Shown piece after piece: positions 37,163 to 53,210 of a stretch of 64,000 nucleotides of DNA; positions within the stretch are counted from its first letter, which is position 1, and each line of letters opens with the position of its first letter. The translations under genes were made by a program, and so were the position numbers. Under the pieces are notes generated by a model. The model searched no databases and was not told where the DNA came from. It saw nothing but the letters and a program-made list of their open reading frames with translations. Origin of the DNA: Cetorhinus maximus. Taxonomy: Eukaryota. Where the stretch lies: the NCBI RefSeq assembly GCF_964194155.1, contig NC_135916.1, forward strand, positions 1,736,001 to 1,800,000. Reading direction: 5' to 3'.

Positions 37163-39756
37163 GTAATGATAAAGTACTTATTCATTAATACAGACACGCA
37201 TACACATCACATGCCAGAACAATGTTTTCACAATAGTTATATTGACAGATCTCTACAAACAAGAAAGTTTAAACCTTAACTCACAAAACAGATATTGACA
37301 ATTACAGTGAATAACATAACACCACTCTCATATGAGGGACTGACAGATACAGAATAAAGCTAGATTTCCATAACAGGGGCAGACACTTGCATTGTAAAAC
37401 CACAGACAGATACCAGAGAAAGAGAGGTGTTGAATATAGTCAATTTTTCCATGACAGACTTTTCAAAATAGGTAGAGAATAGGTACCGAGAAATCAAATG
37501 TTGATAGCTACAGTAAAATCACTCCTGAAAATGCATCAAAATCCGTAAGCTGCCGAGTAAAACTTAAAAGCCCGCACCAAAGACCAAGAGATACAGCTGG
37601 GTGTGGTGCAGCGGATGTTAGTGTTGGGGGAGGTTGTTGGTCACACACTAAATTGAAAGGTGCAATGTGAACATCACACTCAAGTAATACAGGCTGACAT
37701 GTTCACAGCAAAATCGACAATGATCTACAAGGTGCATGCAGACCCTGGGAAAAGACAATACTCACATACAATAATACAATATGCATAGATTAAACCATAC
37801 CTTCTCATACCAGGGATTGACAGCAAATGATTAAATTCTCACTCATTTAAAATCACCTGAGTTTCAGCAAAATGTTTCCACGCTCACAATTCTAATCCTG
37901 ACACAAACAACAGGAAAATAAATCACACTGCCATATCACAGAATTACAGATATAGAATAAAATCTGCAAATCCACACACCTGTAACTGAGAGGCAATGAG
38001 TAAAAATATGCATTACATGTCAGAAACAGTGAAAGTAAGATGCATACTCACAAATCAGGCACAGGCAGGTGCTGAGTAATAGCCACAAATGCATTACAGA
38101 GAGTCAATGATCCAGAGTAAAGCCCAGAATCAATTACTAACATTTATACTATAAAACACACAATGACAAAGCAGCAAATAACTAGGTGCATTTTGAAATC
38201 CCCATGCACAGACAGGGAATGAATAAACCCCAAATTAAGATGTTAAAAAGTGAAAGATACAGTGCGATCCCACATTCACATAATGTAATATAAATAGTGC
38301 AGGAGAAATAAATCTCTCTCACAGTAAAGACCAGAAGGTAAATGTACTCACACACACACATGCACAGACACACACTCACCTGCAATCTCATAATGATATA
38401 ACATTGCGCCAACATCTCCCGTAGTGCACCAGCCCCAAGGTACTGATTCCCCATCTAAAATAATCATGCAGCCCCGTGCTTCGAATGGATATAGGCACGT
38501 TATTGTTCAAAGAGCACAACAGAACAATATTTCTCCCCAATTCACACTCACTGAGCACCGCAGAATGGCAGGTCCATCAATCTCAGTCCAAAATCACAAA
38601 CACTATCAGATTGAAAGGCAGCTCATTCATTTCAGAAGAGTGCAGTCTTAGCTACAGATAGTGCAACTGACTGAAATGTACAAAATTAATCTGAAGAATG
38701 TACCTGGGTTTCACAGAGGAACACATTGAATCCCCGTCCAAAGATCTCATACTATATCTAAAATAAAGAGAAAGTGTAATTTTAATTAATATGGCATGGA
38801 TACACAACACATGCCGGTTTAATATCCTCACTATGATTCATAACTTAAGATCACTACACATGGAATGAATCAGATATGACATACACAACATGTAAGTACA
38901 AGCATCTCATTATCATTCACAAAGACTTTGCTGAGTTGCAGCCTGAATGCTATACCTTAGTTCACAGTAAATAAAAGAAGAAAACCTCTCTTTGGTAAAT
39001 GCAAAGTTTCATGTTTTAATCTGCAACAGGGCCAGGAAACAGTAATAGATTAACGCATTGAAGAAATAGTTTTCACACACATGCATGGGATACATATTAT
39101 GCACAGAAGAAACCATCACATGTACAATAAGTGAGTCATATACACAGAGCATGAACTTGAGATACACAAACTGTACAATAACTGAGATATAGGGAATTAA
39201 TTACACCATTACTGACGGTCACAGCTTGTAAACTTAAATTTCATTAAATTTAATTCCAAAACTGCATTCTGTCCCGGAGAAAGACAAATGGGAAATGAGC
39301 CCTGCACACTCCCACACAAACACTCACACACTCGCAGGCTCATGCACTAACACACACAGACAAACATACATAAACACAAATGCGCACACCATCTGTTGCA
39401 CACATACACAAACACACACACACAAAAAAAATCACACACATGCGCACAAACTTACACACAGGCCCTCACACACACAGAAGCACAAACACATACATGCATA
39501 AATACATGCACACAGTAACAAATATGCACGTTCTCTCCGACACACACAGTCACGCAGATATTCACAAACATTTACACCTACAGACACAAACACACATACA
39601 CACAAACACACAAGAAGCATCTGTGAGTATATACATGGAACTTTGACAGCATCTAAGTAATTCAATGCTGTCCTGATAGTTAAGAAGCAGATATTGCGGT
39701 AGTACTTTAAACATACACAGCTGAAAATTAGCAGGATCATATACATTGGTAGCACA

Positions 39757-41370
39757 CAAGAACATAAGAACTAGGAGCAGGAGTTGGCAATTCAGCCCCT
39801 GGAGCCTACCCCACCATTCATTACCATCATGGCTGATCTCATTTTGGCCTCAACGCCAATTTGCTGCCCTTTCCCCAGAACCTTTCAACCCGTTACTAAA
39901 TAAAAATCTGTCTATCTCCTCCTTTAATTTTATCAGCGTCCCGGCATCTATTGCACTCTGAGGTAGTGAATTCCACAGGTTCATGACCCTTTGAGAAAAG
40001 TAATTCCTCCACATCATTGATTTAAACCTACCACCCATTAGCCTAAAACTATGGCCTCTCGTTCTAGAGTGCCCCTCAAGGGGAATCATCCACTCCTCGT
40101 CTATTTTGTCGATTCCCTTTAGAATCTTATATACCTCAATTAGATCTCCTCTCATCCTTCTAAACTCGAGCGAGTATAGGCCTAAACTACTCAATCTCTC
40201 CTCATAAGACAAGCCCCACATCTCTGGAATCAATCTAATGAACCTCCTCTGAACTGCCTCCAATGCAACTACATCCTTCCTCAAGTATGGGGACCAAAAC
40301 TGTGCACAGTACTCCAGGTGCGGTCTCACCAATGCCTTGGACAGTTGCAACAATACTTGTCTATTTTTATACTCGTTTCCTTTAGCAATAAATGCCAAAA
40401 ATCCATTTGCCTTCCTAATTACTTGCTGTACCTGCATATTAGCTTTTAGCGATTCATGCGTGAGGTCATCCAGATCCCTCTGTACTGAAGCATTCTGCAG
40501 TTTCTCTCAATTTAAATAATAAGTCACTTTTTTATTCTTCCAACCGAAATGGATAAACTCACACTTATCCACGTTAAACTCCATCTGCCCATTCAGCTAA
40601 CCTGTCCATATCCATTTGTAAATTTCTTATTTCTTCATTGCAACTTACTTTCCCACCTATTTTGGTGTCATCTGCAAATTTAGCTATCGGACCTTCTATC
40701 CCTGAATCCAAATCATTAATATAGATTGTAAATAAATGGGGATCATTGACCAAACCCTGTGGAACCCCACTAGTTACAGCTTGCCATCCAGAAAAATACA
40801 CATTTTTCCCGAATCTCTGCTTTCTGTTGGTTAGCCAATCCTCTATCCAAACTAATACATTACCCCTAACCTTGTGTAATCTTACCTTGCGTATTAATCT
40901 TTTGTGCAGCACCTTATCAAAGGCCTTCTTGAAGTCCAGATATCCAACATCTACAGGATCCCCATTACCCACTTTGCTTCTCACATCTTGAAAGAAATCT
41001 ATCAAATTAGACAAACACGATTTACTCTTCATAAAACCATGCTGACTCTGATGGATGCATTTTGACTTTCCAAATGCCCCATTACTTCTTCCTCAATAAT
41101 GGGTTCCAACAATTTCCCAATGTCAGACGTTATACTAACTGGTCTATAGTTTACTACTTTCTCCCTCCCCCCCTTTTTGAATAAGGGCGTTATATAAGCA
41201 TCTTTCCAAACCACTGGAACCTTTCCAGAATCCAGGGAATTTTGGAATATTATAGCCAATGCATTCACTATCTATGCTGCCACTTCCGTTAAGACCCTGG
41301 GATTTAGCCCATCAGGTCCTGGGGACTTGTCACCCTTTAATCCCAATAGTTTGCTCAGTTATTTTCTCTA
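39757..41370 (-). mobile_element. CR1 LINE, duplicated paralog of 20036-21650
   Basis: Encodes YLDFKKAFDKV, SGVPQG, KFADDTKIGG and LVRPHLEYCAQFWSP. Same flanks as 20036-21650. Confidence 0.9.
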
Positions 41371-42864
41371 CTGAAGGTGCAGTAAACTTTAGACACTTAG
41401 TCAAATGTAACAAGATAGTGACACACAACTGATTGACTGCAGGTTAAGATTCTGTTCCAGTTACCTAATTTACAAACATATATAAAAGTAAAAGCACTAA
41501 AAACACACAAAATAAAAGTCACATTCACTGAAAAATGGCTGACATATAAGTATAAAACATACCAGACAGTGACAGGTTGAAAATAAGTTTCACCAAGGCA
41601 TGCATGCAAGAGACAGAAAGATATCGAGTGAAATCACACTCAAATACTAGAAACTGACTGGCATGAAACTAAATTGCATAAATTATACTGGATAATGAGA
41701 GATATTAGTGAAAATGCAATTCAAAAAACATTCTCATACAGAGGACACACATTAAATGATTAAATCCTCACTCATTTACAATAAACTAAGGGACACAGAA
41801 TCATTTTCACATATGTGACCCTGAAATGTTAGGGGGGATATACAGTCACGCTGATATATCACAGAGGTACAGGTACAGGATTAGATCCACCCACATACAC
41901 ACATCTCAGCAAATGAGAGTTAATAGTAAAACACACATTCCATTTAAGTTGCAGGCAAAAATACTCAAACATATACTCACAAATCAGGCACAAACAAGTG
42001 CAGAGTAATAGCTACACTCACATTACAGAGACTGACATATGCATAGTAAAGGCCAGCAGCAATTACACGTATGTTGGGAACAATACAGTCGCACGAGCAA
42101 ATAACAGGGAACAGTGCAGAATCCTAATTCACAGACTGTAAAGAATAAAAAACACAGTAAGTTCAGAGAACCTAACGGATACACATCCACTTGGCACAAT
42201 ATAAAATTTGCAGTACAAATAAATCCTCACATACTCGAAACTGGCAGGTGCAGAAAACACAGATACACAAAAAGAAACAAGTGAAAGTTACAGAGCAAAA
42301 TCTCCATTTAATTATTGCAACCTGTCAATATGAAAGACAAAATTAACCATTAGAAACTGCCAGATGCACTTGCTGGAAATAACATATTCGGGGACAAACA
42401 AAGAAAATGTGGGGAATAATCAACGAGTTTGGGAGCATCTGTGGAGAAAAAAACAAGACTGAACATTTCAGATCAATGTCGCTTCATCAGGTCGGAGTTT
42501 TTAAACAAATGGCAATTTTGTTTCTGTCTCCACAAATCTTGCCAGAGCTGCTCAGTATTTCCAGCATTTTTAATTTTTCTTCTTGAGATTTCCAATATCC
42601 ACAGTGTTTGGAATTTGCATTAGCTGTAGATTTAAACCTTCATGCCATAAACTTAGAAGGACAAAGGAAATCCCACATTCGCATAGGAGAAATCAACAGG
42701 TTCTAAACAGAACCACCGTTCAGCTCATCAGAAATGATCAGGAACAGAGCAAAATATACCACTTGCAAGTCAGAGATATGAATACAGAACAAATTACACA
42801 CAACCCAAACATGAACTAACTGGTACAGCTGAAATCCATTATCACATATCAGGCATGGAAAGAG

Positions 42865-44390
42865 AGAAAATAGGGGCAGGAGTAGGTCATTTGCCCTGTT
42901 GAGCCAGCTCTGCCATTCAATTTAATCATGGCTGCCCTATATCTCAACAACATCCAACCACACTGTTATCATAGCCTTGTCCCTTTGGAGTCTTGAAATC
43001 TATCTATTTTGCTCTTAAATATATTCAGTGACTTGCCTTTCACAGTCTTCTATCATAGAGAATTGCACAGGTTTACCACCCTCTGATTGAAGAAGTTTCT
43101 CCTCATCTCAGTTCTAAACCATCTACCCCGTATCCTGAGATTGTGACCCCTTGTTCTAGAGCCCCAGCCAGAGGAATCATCATCCCTGCACCCAATCTGT
43201 CCAGCCCTGTCAGAATGTTACACCTTTCATTGAGACCCCCTCTCATCCTTTTAAACTCCAGTGAAAACAGGCCTACTCGACCCAAACTCTCCTCAGAGGA
43301 CAATCCTGCCATCTCCGGAATCACTCTGGTGAATCTTCGCTGCACTCCTCTTATGATAAATATATCCTCCCTGAGGTAAGGAGACCAAAGCTGCACACAA
43401 TACTCCAGGAGTGGTCTTGCTAAGGCCCTGTATAGCTGCAGTTAGACATCATTGCTCCTGCAATCAACCATGTCAAGATGAAGGCCAACATTTAATTTGC
43501 CTTCTTAAGTGCTACCTGCACCTGCATGCTTGCTCTCAGTGATTGGTGTGCATGGGTACCCAGCTCCCTTTTTACTTCAACCTTTCCCAGTCTATCACCA
43601 TTTAAATAACACTCTCCCATGCTGTCTTTTCAACTGATGTGGATAACTTCATACTACTTGGCGGTGGTTCAGAGGAGCTTTACTAGATAGTCACCTGGAA
43701 TGAGTGGGATGTCTTATAAGAAAAGGTTGGACAGACTGTGCTTGTTTCCACTGGGTCTTAGAAGAGTGAGGGGTGATTGATTGATGTATACAAGATCCTG
43801 AATGGCCTTGAAATTGTGGATACCAAGAGGATGTTTCCAGTAATAGGGGGCACTGTTTCTAAATTAGATATCGCCCTTTTTTGGACATGGGTGAGGATAT
43901 TTTTTTCTCTCTCAGAGGGCTGTGTGACTTTGGAAATCTCTGCCTCAGAAGGTAGTGGAGGCAGGGTCATTGAGAACTTTTAAGGCAGAGTTAGATAGAT
44001 TTTTAATAGGCAAGGGAATCAAAGGTTATGGGGGTAGATGATAATGTGGGGATTGAAACACAAAGAAATCAGCCATGATCTTATTGAATGATGAGGCAGG
44101 CTCCAGGGGCCAATTGGCCCACTCCTGTTCCTATTTCTTCAGTTCTTATGTTCATAATCGATGTTTTAAAGCATCTGCCATATATTTGCCCACTCAATCA
44201 ACTTGTCTAAATGGCCTTGAATCCACTTGACACCCTCCCCACCACTCACATCCCCACCAAGTTTCATGTCGTCAGCAAACTTGGAAACAATACTTCTGGT
44301 TTCCTCATGCAAATTATTGTTATAGATTGTGGATAGTTGAGGCCTAAACACTGATCCCTGTGGTATCCCATGGAATTACTTCCATATCTA
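42865..44390 (-). mobile_element. CR1 fragment with nested plus-strand CR1 (43656-44153), paralog of 23660-25190
   Basis: Same nested arrangement and same junctions as the copy at 23660-25190. Confidence 0.85.
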
Positions 44391-47300
44391 TTCTGCTGTT
44401 GGAATGAATGAATACCGCACACACAAACTTGAAAGCATCAGGTACGAATTAAACCCACAATTACATACCAGAGACTCACAGATACAGGTTAAATCGAAGA
44501 CAATCATGTGAGAAGTGGTTAATAACAAAACTTTCATGCAAAATTGGATAGGTACAGAATGAAGCAATACATCGATGACCGAAACTGATGTGGACTGATC
44601 AACTGGCACTTTCATACATTGAAAATTGACAGATAGAGAGAAAAGTCCATTCAGTCATAACAGAGATTACATAACCACATAACATTACTGAGAGAATGAG
44701 TAAATCTTAGATTGGCTTAAAATATATTATTAGGTACAGAATGTAGTTGACATACTAAAGAACTGATAATTTTAAGGTATGTTCACATTTAAATGTCAGA
44801 AACTGAGAGTTAGACTCAAACACACGATGACCGATTTGACACTGAAAAACCCAATGTAATATTCACATTCACACACCACACACATTCCAAACATTGACAA
44901 ATGTCAAGAGAGACCCACACTCACATGTCAGTTATTGACAGATGCAGAATAAAAACTCACATTCTCATGCTACACACTGACGAATAGAGGGGGAGAGAAA
45001 AGAAAAGCGCCAATCACTTCCAAGCAACGAACTGCTACGTAATAAAATCAATGCTCACACACCAGAAATTCACAGGGGCAGTCTATCACGGGCACACATT
45101 TACCAGGAACTGACAGAGATCATGGCAAAGTCATTTTTACACACGCCGGAGACCTATAGATACAGGTGGGGCGGGGTTTGGGGGTGGGTGGGGAGCTGTT
45201 GGTGGGCAATCTAATTCACGTACCTGAATAAGCACACAGCTGTATAGAACTAACACTCAATATCAAAAAACTGGTAGGTAACGAAAAAGACACTGTCTCT
45301 AATGTGAAAAAACCTGACAAGTATTGAACAAAAAGTGCACTCACACAGCAACAGTCAACACCTGCAGTGAAATGAGACTCAAAGACCGTCAATTACAGAG
45401 CAATATCTCTGTCCCTTGCTTGAAAACAACAGGTATGGCATAAAACACATCAGTGAATCCCAGTGACCGAGATGTAGTTAGGGTGAATATTGCATTGCAA
45501 AAACCATCAAGTGCAGAACAAAACACCTTGTGTCGATCTGTATGGAGCGGAAGTTGTTGGCCGCTGTCGTAGTCTTTTTAACCAGGTGAGCTTGGCCAGG
45601 TTCAGGAGCAGCATCAGGGCTATTGTTTTCTGGATGTTTGATCAGAAAGGGCCAGATCCAAGTTATAGTGAACTGCTGCCACCTCCTGACAGAAGATGAG
45701 CCCTGCAACAACATACGTACGCAGCAGAAGCACTTTAAATTGGATGATGTAACGGGGAAATGACAATATCAAATTCAAAACTTTGCAGTGTGATGTGTTC
45801 CCACATGCAGATGGTGTAGCGTAGGATAGAGTCTGATGGTCTGACAGGGATTAACATACCTGCCTTACAAGCAGTTGACCATAGTTTGATAACTGCCTGT
45901 TGCACTGGATGTTTATTGACCATCCTGTCCATGCAAATCAGGGAACTAATCCCTGCACAGAAGGAGGCCGCTGCTAACGATTAAAAAGAGATAAATCCGG
46001 AGGATCATTGATGTGTTCCCAATGTGAAATTCGGCTTCGGGGCGCTGCCGCACTCATAAAGCCGATATTGACAAGTACAGTCAATAACATAACACCACTC
46101 TCATAGGGGGGACTGACAGATACAGAAGAAAGCTGGATCCTCGTAACAGGGGCAGACACCCACATTATAAAACCACAGACACATACCAGAGATGGGGAGG
46201 TGCAGAATAAAATCAATTTTTCCATAACCGACTTTTGAAAATAAGAAGAGATTGGGAACAGAGAGATCAGATGTTGATAACTACAGTAAAATTACACGTG
46301 AAAATGCATCAAAATGTGTAAGTTGCTGATTAAAACATAACAGCCCGTACCAAAGACTAAGAGATACAGTCGGGGGTGGTGTGGGGGCTGTTAGGGTGGG
46401 GGGAGGTCCATGCCCACAAACTATATTGAAAGCTGCAATGTGAACATTACACTCATGTAATACAGACTGACATGTTCACAGCAAAATCAACAATGACCTA
46501 CAAGGTGCATACAGACCTAGAGAAAAGTCAATACTCACACACAAGAATATGATGGGCATAGAGGGAACCACAACTTCTCATACCAGGGATTGACAGCAAA
46601 TGATTAAATTCTCATTCATTTAATATAACCTAAGAGTTTCTGCATAACTTCTCCATGCTCACATTTCTGACCCTGACACAAACAACAGGATAATGAATCA
46701 CACTGACATATCACAGAATTACAGATACAGAATAAAATCTGCAAATCGACATACCAGTGACTGAAAGGCAATGAGTAAAATATGCATTACATGTCAGAAA
46801 CAGTGAAAGTAAGAAACATACTCACAATTCAGTCACAGGCAGGTGCTGAGAAATAGCCACATGTGCATTACAGACAGTAAAAGATACAGAGTAAAGCCCA
46901 GAATCAATTACAAACATTTATAAATTAAAACACACATTCACACAGCAGCGAATAACTAGGTGCATTTTAAAACCCCAATTCACAGGCAGGAAATGAATAA
47001 ATCCCATAGTTAAAAAGTGAAAGATCCAGTGTGTTCCCACATTCACATAGTGTAATATAACCAGTGCAGAATAAATAAATTTCTCCCATAGTAAAGACCG
47101 GCAGGTAAATATATACACACAGACACACACTCGCCTGCAATCTGATAATGATATAACATTGGGCCACCATCTCCCCTTGTGCACCAGCGCCAAGTTACTG
47201 ATTCCCCAGCTAAAATAATCATGCAGCCCTCTGCTTCGAATGGCCATAGGCACATTATTGTTCAAAGAGCACAGACAGAACAGCAGTTCCACCATCACTG

Positions 47301-48414
47301 AGAGCAGGAATCAGATTCACATTGATCTCAAGTTTCAGATAGACGTGTTCAATGCAACAGTCAAATACAACAGGGGAGACAGAATATTTCTCCCCAATTC
47401 ACATCCACTGAGCACGGCAGAATGGTAGGTCCATCAATCCCAGTCCAAAATCACAAACATTATCAGGTTAAAAGGCAGCTCATTTATTTCAGGAGAGTGC
47501 AGTTTTAGCTACAGGTAGAGCAACTAAATGAAATGTACAAAATTAAAACTAAGAATGTACCCTGGGTTCCCACAGTGGAAGACGTTAAATTCCCCTCTAA
47601 CGATCTCATGCTATATCTGAAATAAGAAGAAAGAGTAATTTTAATTAATACAGCAAGGATAAACAACACGTTGCAGGTCAATATGTTCACTATGATTCAT
47701 AACGTAAGTTCGTTACAAACTGAACCAATCAGATATGAGGTACACAGCATGTGAGTTCAAGCGTCTCATTATCATTCACAAAGACTTTTGCCAAGTTGCA
47801 GCCTGAATGCTATACCTTAGTTCAAACAAAACAAATGAATAAAACCTGTCTTTGATAAATGCAAAGTTTCATGTCTAAATCTGCAACAGAGCCGGGAAAC
47901 AGTAATAGATTAACGCATTGAAGAAATAGTTTTCACACACATGCATGGGATACATATTAAGTACAGAAGAAACCTACAGATGTACAATAATGGAGTCATC
48001 TACACAGAGCACAAATTTGAGATACACAATCAGTACAATAACTGAGATAGAGGGAATTAATTCCACCACAGCTGACGGTCACAGGGTTGACACTGAAATT
48101 TCATGTAAATTAATTCCAAAACTACATCCTGTACCGGACGAAGACAAATGGGAAATGAGCCCTGCACACTCCCACAAAAACACTCACACATTCGCAGACT
48201 CATGCACTAACACACACAGACACACATGCAGAGCAAACTCACACACATACATAAACACACATGCGCACAAGATTTTGTGCATACATACACAAACACACGC
48301 AAACAAAAACTTAAACACAGGCACACCCAGGACCAACAAAGCATTAATCCAATCACAAACAGAGTAGCAGAAAATTAAATGCAGAGGTCGAGGCACACAC
48401 ACACAAACACGCGC

Positions 48415-48446
<32 letters not shown>

Positions 48447-50125
48447 ACGCACAAACACAAACAAGCACATAGACACACGACAAAAAAAGGAAAAACAGTC
48501 AAAAAGACACAGAGGAAACCCACAGTCACATAACATGCCACAGATTGACGAACACAAAACAACTCTCACTCAAAGTTGTTGAATCAATCAGTATCTCTTT
48601 GAACCACACATTTATTTCCAGATATTGACAGATTCAGATGGAATTCACTCTCACTGATTGCACCAGGGCATAGAATTAATCTCTTAATCCATAAGAGATA
48701 CTTGGCGATACACAGAGCTACAATTAAATCCACCTATAATACAAGAGTACTGCTTAGTGCAAAATTAACTCGATCCCAGTACACGGATAGCGACAGGACA
48801 TAATGAAATACACAATTTCACAATCCTAAAAGGAAAATTGTGAATCGAAATGAATTCTTCAACGAAAGGTTGACAAAAATGACATTTAGAGTATTAATCC
48901 TGCAGTCATACACAGTACCACAAACTGACAGATGCTGAAGGGTAACACCTTTCGTGTGTAGCACCAGAGACTGATACACATGGAATGAAGCTGACATTTT
49001 TGCAGCTTGTCAAAAACTGATGGCAGCAGAAGCAAAGTCCACCTCTCAGTCACTTCCAGGCCCTGACAGCTATAGAATAAAATGCATAAATGAATTGCAG
49101 TGACGGAGAGGTTCAGAGCTAAAGTCACTATTCCATTGCAGAAAACAGCAAGTGCAGAATATAACAGCTTGTTCCGATCAGTATGGAGGGCGATGAGTTC
49201 ATAAACGATAAGGTGCAAGTTATTGTGACCTGGCTCCATCTGCAGACCGAACACGAGTCGTGCAACAAGATAAATACTCATTCGGAACCACTTCAAACTG
49301 GAGTGAATTAATAACCTGCAATCTGGATACAATATTATAATATAATTTTATTATTTTAAAATAATATCACACCTGTACATCCAGGCCGATATTGCTTAAC
49401 CGCAGCACTCGGTAAACGTGAATTTCCGCCGGCTGTTAGGACTGCAAAAAGGTCCGAGTTTAAACACGAATGGATTCCTGATTTTAAAAGCGAGTGTGGT
49501 ACTTGCAATTAAATATGATATAGTACAATAAGGGAAGCCTATCTTTTAATAGTTTGGAACAGACTGGGTTAACTTTAACGGCGATTTTCTGCAAGAAATT
49601 AATCTATTACTGTTTCCCGGCTCTGATGCACATTTAAACATGAAACTTTGCATTTATCAAAGACAGGTTTCATTCATTGGTTTTGTGTGAACTAAGGTGT
49701 AGCCTTCAGTCTGCAACTCCGCCAAAGTCCTTGTGAATGAGACTCAGGAACTCATGTTATGTTTGTCATATCTGTTTGATTCAGTTTGGAATGAAAAAAA
49801 GACAGGGTGAAAATAGTGCGAAGAAGCGAGAATGTTGTGTCTCAAAATAGCTCCTCCTGTTCAAAGTATAATAAATGATGGCCTTTATCTTGTGGACTCG
49901 GTGTTAGTTTGGGAGCTGTCAGCTAAGCTTGGAGTCGAGCTTCGAGAGGTAGAAAGGAAGTGAATTCCTGAAAACCGAACTAAATTAAACCATGAAACCT
50001 TGTGTGACTCACGATAGTTTTGTGAATGGAGAATGCGCAGATGGAAACGCTGTGTGTTTATAAAACTACATCTCGCTTTCACTCTCCCGCTCTGAGGTCA
50101 CTGCTCTCAATGTGAGGTTGTGGGC

Positions 50126-50141
50126 GGCTCTTAGAAGAGCC
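50126..50141 (-). terminator. Histone 3' stem-loop (H4)
   Basis: Minus strand GGCTCTTCTAAGAGCC. Confidence 0.95.
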
Positions 50142-50174
50142 TTTGGGTTTTGTTATAGAGTCGGGTCGATTTGT

Positions 50175-50495
<321 letters not shown>

Positions 50496-51304
50496 TCAGT
50501 CAAATCGCTGCTGAATGAGTTGGGAGCTGCTTCACGTTCCGCTTTTATACAGCCCGCCCCGACCTGACTGAGGAAGGGAGAGAGAGAGAGAGAGAGAGAG
50601 TGAGAGGCGGGGCTAGACAGCCTGAGTGACAGTCAGGGCAATGTCTCTGGGAAAACAGCCACACATGCTTTGCATGTGTGTCTGTGTGTGTTAGTGCATG
50701 ATTCTTCGGGTGTGGGAGTGTTTGTGTGGGAGTGTGCAGGGCTAATTTCCCATTTGTCTTTCTCTGGTACAGAATGTAGTTTTGGAATTAATTTACATGA
50801 AATTTAATTGTCTACCTCCTGACCGTCAGCTGTGTTGGAATTAATTCCATAAATCTCAATTATTGCACTGATTGTGTATCTCAAATTTGTGTTCTGTGTA
50901 TATGAATCCATTATTGTACATGTGTAGATTTTGTCTTAACCTAACTTTTATCCCTTGAATGTTTGTGAAAACTATTTCTTCAATGCATTAATCAAATCGA
51001 CAGGCTAACACTAGCAATCACTTACCAGAACCTGACAAGTACTGATTCGCAGTCAAATTCAGAATCCCAGATACTGATTGACTATATGAATATCAACATG
51101 AACTTCACATCTAATTCCAGATGTTGAGACATTGAAATGAAATCCCACTTTTGTGGATAGCATAACATATTAGATATAGAGTTAATCCAACTCATGCAAA
51201 AATCACAGATATTGAGTGATACACAGAGAAGAAAATATATTCATTCACATATAATATAAGATACTGGAGGTAATAAAACGAATGCAGCTTGATCACATGT
51301 TCAC

Positions 51305-52170
51305 CTCCCTCCGAGTGAAGATGTTTCTGCTCATCACAGTCCTAAATGGCCTACCCCCTATCCTGAGATTATGAACACTTGTTCTAGACTTCCCACTCAG
51401 AGGAAACATCATCCCTGCATCAGGCCTGTCCAGCCCTGTCAGTATTTCAACTACATCCCCCTTTCATTCTACAAAATTTGAGTGAATACAGACCGAAACT
51501 GTCCAATCTCTCCTCATGAAACAACCCTGCCAGCCCAAGAATCAGCCTGGTGATCATTTGCTGCACGGAGGTACCCTCATATATCAAAATTACCCAACCT
51601 ATCACTATTTAAATAAACTCTGCTATTCTTTTTTTACCTGCCAAAATGGATAAATTCACATCTATCCACGTTATACAGCGTCTGCCCTGTTTCTGTCCAC
51701 TCTCTCATTTTCTCTCAATCTCCATGAACACTCTTAATTTACTTTTCATCTCTCACATTCCCTCCTAGCTTTGTATCATCAGCAATCTTAGAAACATTAC
51801 CTTTGGTTCCTTCATCAAAATAATTGTTCTATATTCTGAATACTGGGGCCCAGGCACTGATCTCTTTGCTACATCACTTGTCACCTCCTGCCATTCTCAA
51901 AAAGACTGATTTATTCCTGCTCTCTGTTTCCTGTTTGCTAATCTTTTCTCAATCCATGCCCATATATTACCCCCATCCAATGCACTTCAATGTAGTACAC
52001 AAACCTCTTTTGTGGACCTTTATCAACAGCTTTCTGAAAATCCAAATACACCATATCATTTGGTTCTCCCTTGTCTATTTTGCTAGTTACCGCTCCAAAA
52101 AAGCTCCAATAGGTTTGTCCAACATGATTTCCTTTCATAAATGCATGCTGTCTTTGTCCAATTTCGTTGA
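51305..52170 (-). mobile_element. Old CR1 LINE RT fragment with internal deletions
   Basis: Encodes DMVYLDFQKAVDK and other RT-like remnants. Confidence 0.75.
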
Positions 52171-52649
52171 TATTGTCTCAGTGTCCTGTTATGACATAAT
52201 AGACAATCGGTCTGTCATTCCTTGTTTTTTCCCTAATGTGTTTTGGAATAATAGCCATTACAGATTAAAGTTCGCATTTATATATCATGAAGAGACAGGT
52301 ATTCCATACACCCATAGCAGGATTTAACAGATAATGTGGGGAATAAAATGACAATAGAAACATACTCTGATGTTAGCAGCAGCATATGTCGACTGAAATA
52401 TAAAATAACGTCCAGGGTTTGACATGCACCAGGTAAAATCCACACTGACTTAAAACTGAATGTTGCAGAGATAAAAACAAAAACAGAAACATATTCCGGT
52501 GATTTCAATTTAGGGAGAAAAACTCAATATTATTGACCACAGAGTGTCAGTGAATGAAAGATACATTTAAATACCAGATAATGATGGCTAGGCTTAACCC
52601 CAGAATCACATAGCCTGCAGAGAATTGTTATTTTTATTTTTTGTCTGGA

Positions 52650-53210
52650 ATACATAAAAAAACATAAGAACAAGGAGCAGGAGTAGGCAATTAAACCCCT
52701 CGATCCTGCCCTGCCATTCATTACGATCATGGCTGATCTCATTTTGGCCTCAACGACAATTTCCCGCCCTCTCCCCATAACCTTTCAACCCGTTACTAAT
52801 TAAAAATCTGTCCACCTCATCCTTAAATTTATTCAGCATCCGGGCATCCATTGCACTCTGAGGTAGTGAATTCCACAGGTTTATGACCCTTTGAGAACAG
52901 GAATTCCTCCTAATCTCTGATTAAAATCTACCACCTCTTAGCCTAAAACTATGGCCTTTCGTTCTAAAATGCCCCACTAGGGAAAACATTCGCTCCATGT
53001 CGACTTTGTCTATCCCATTTAACATCTTATATACCTCAATTAGATCTCCTCTCATCCTTCCAAACTCGGGCGACTGTAGGCCTAAACTGCTCAATCTCTC
53101 CTCATTAGACTAGCCTCGAATCTCCTGAATCAATCTAGTGAACCTCCTCCGAACCGCCTCCAGTGCAACTACATCCTTCCTCAAGCGAGGGGACAAAAAC
53201 TGTGAATACA
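52650..53210 (-). mobile_element. CR1 LINE 3' end
   Basis: Same subfamily tail (ACATAAGAACAAGGAGCAGGAGTAGG) as 20036 and 39757. Confidence 0.85.
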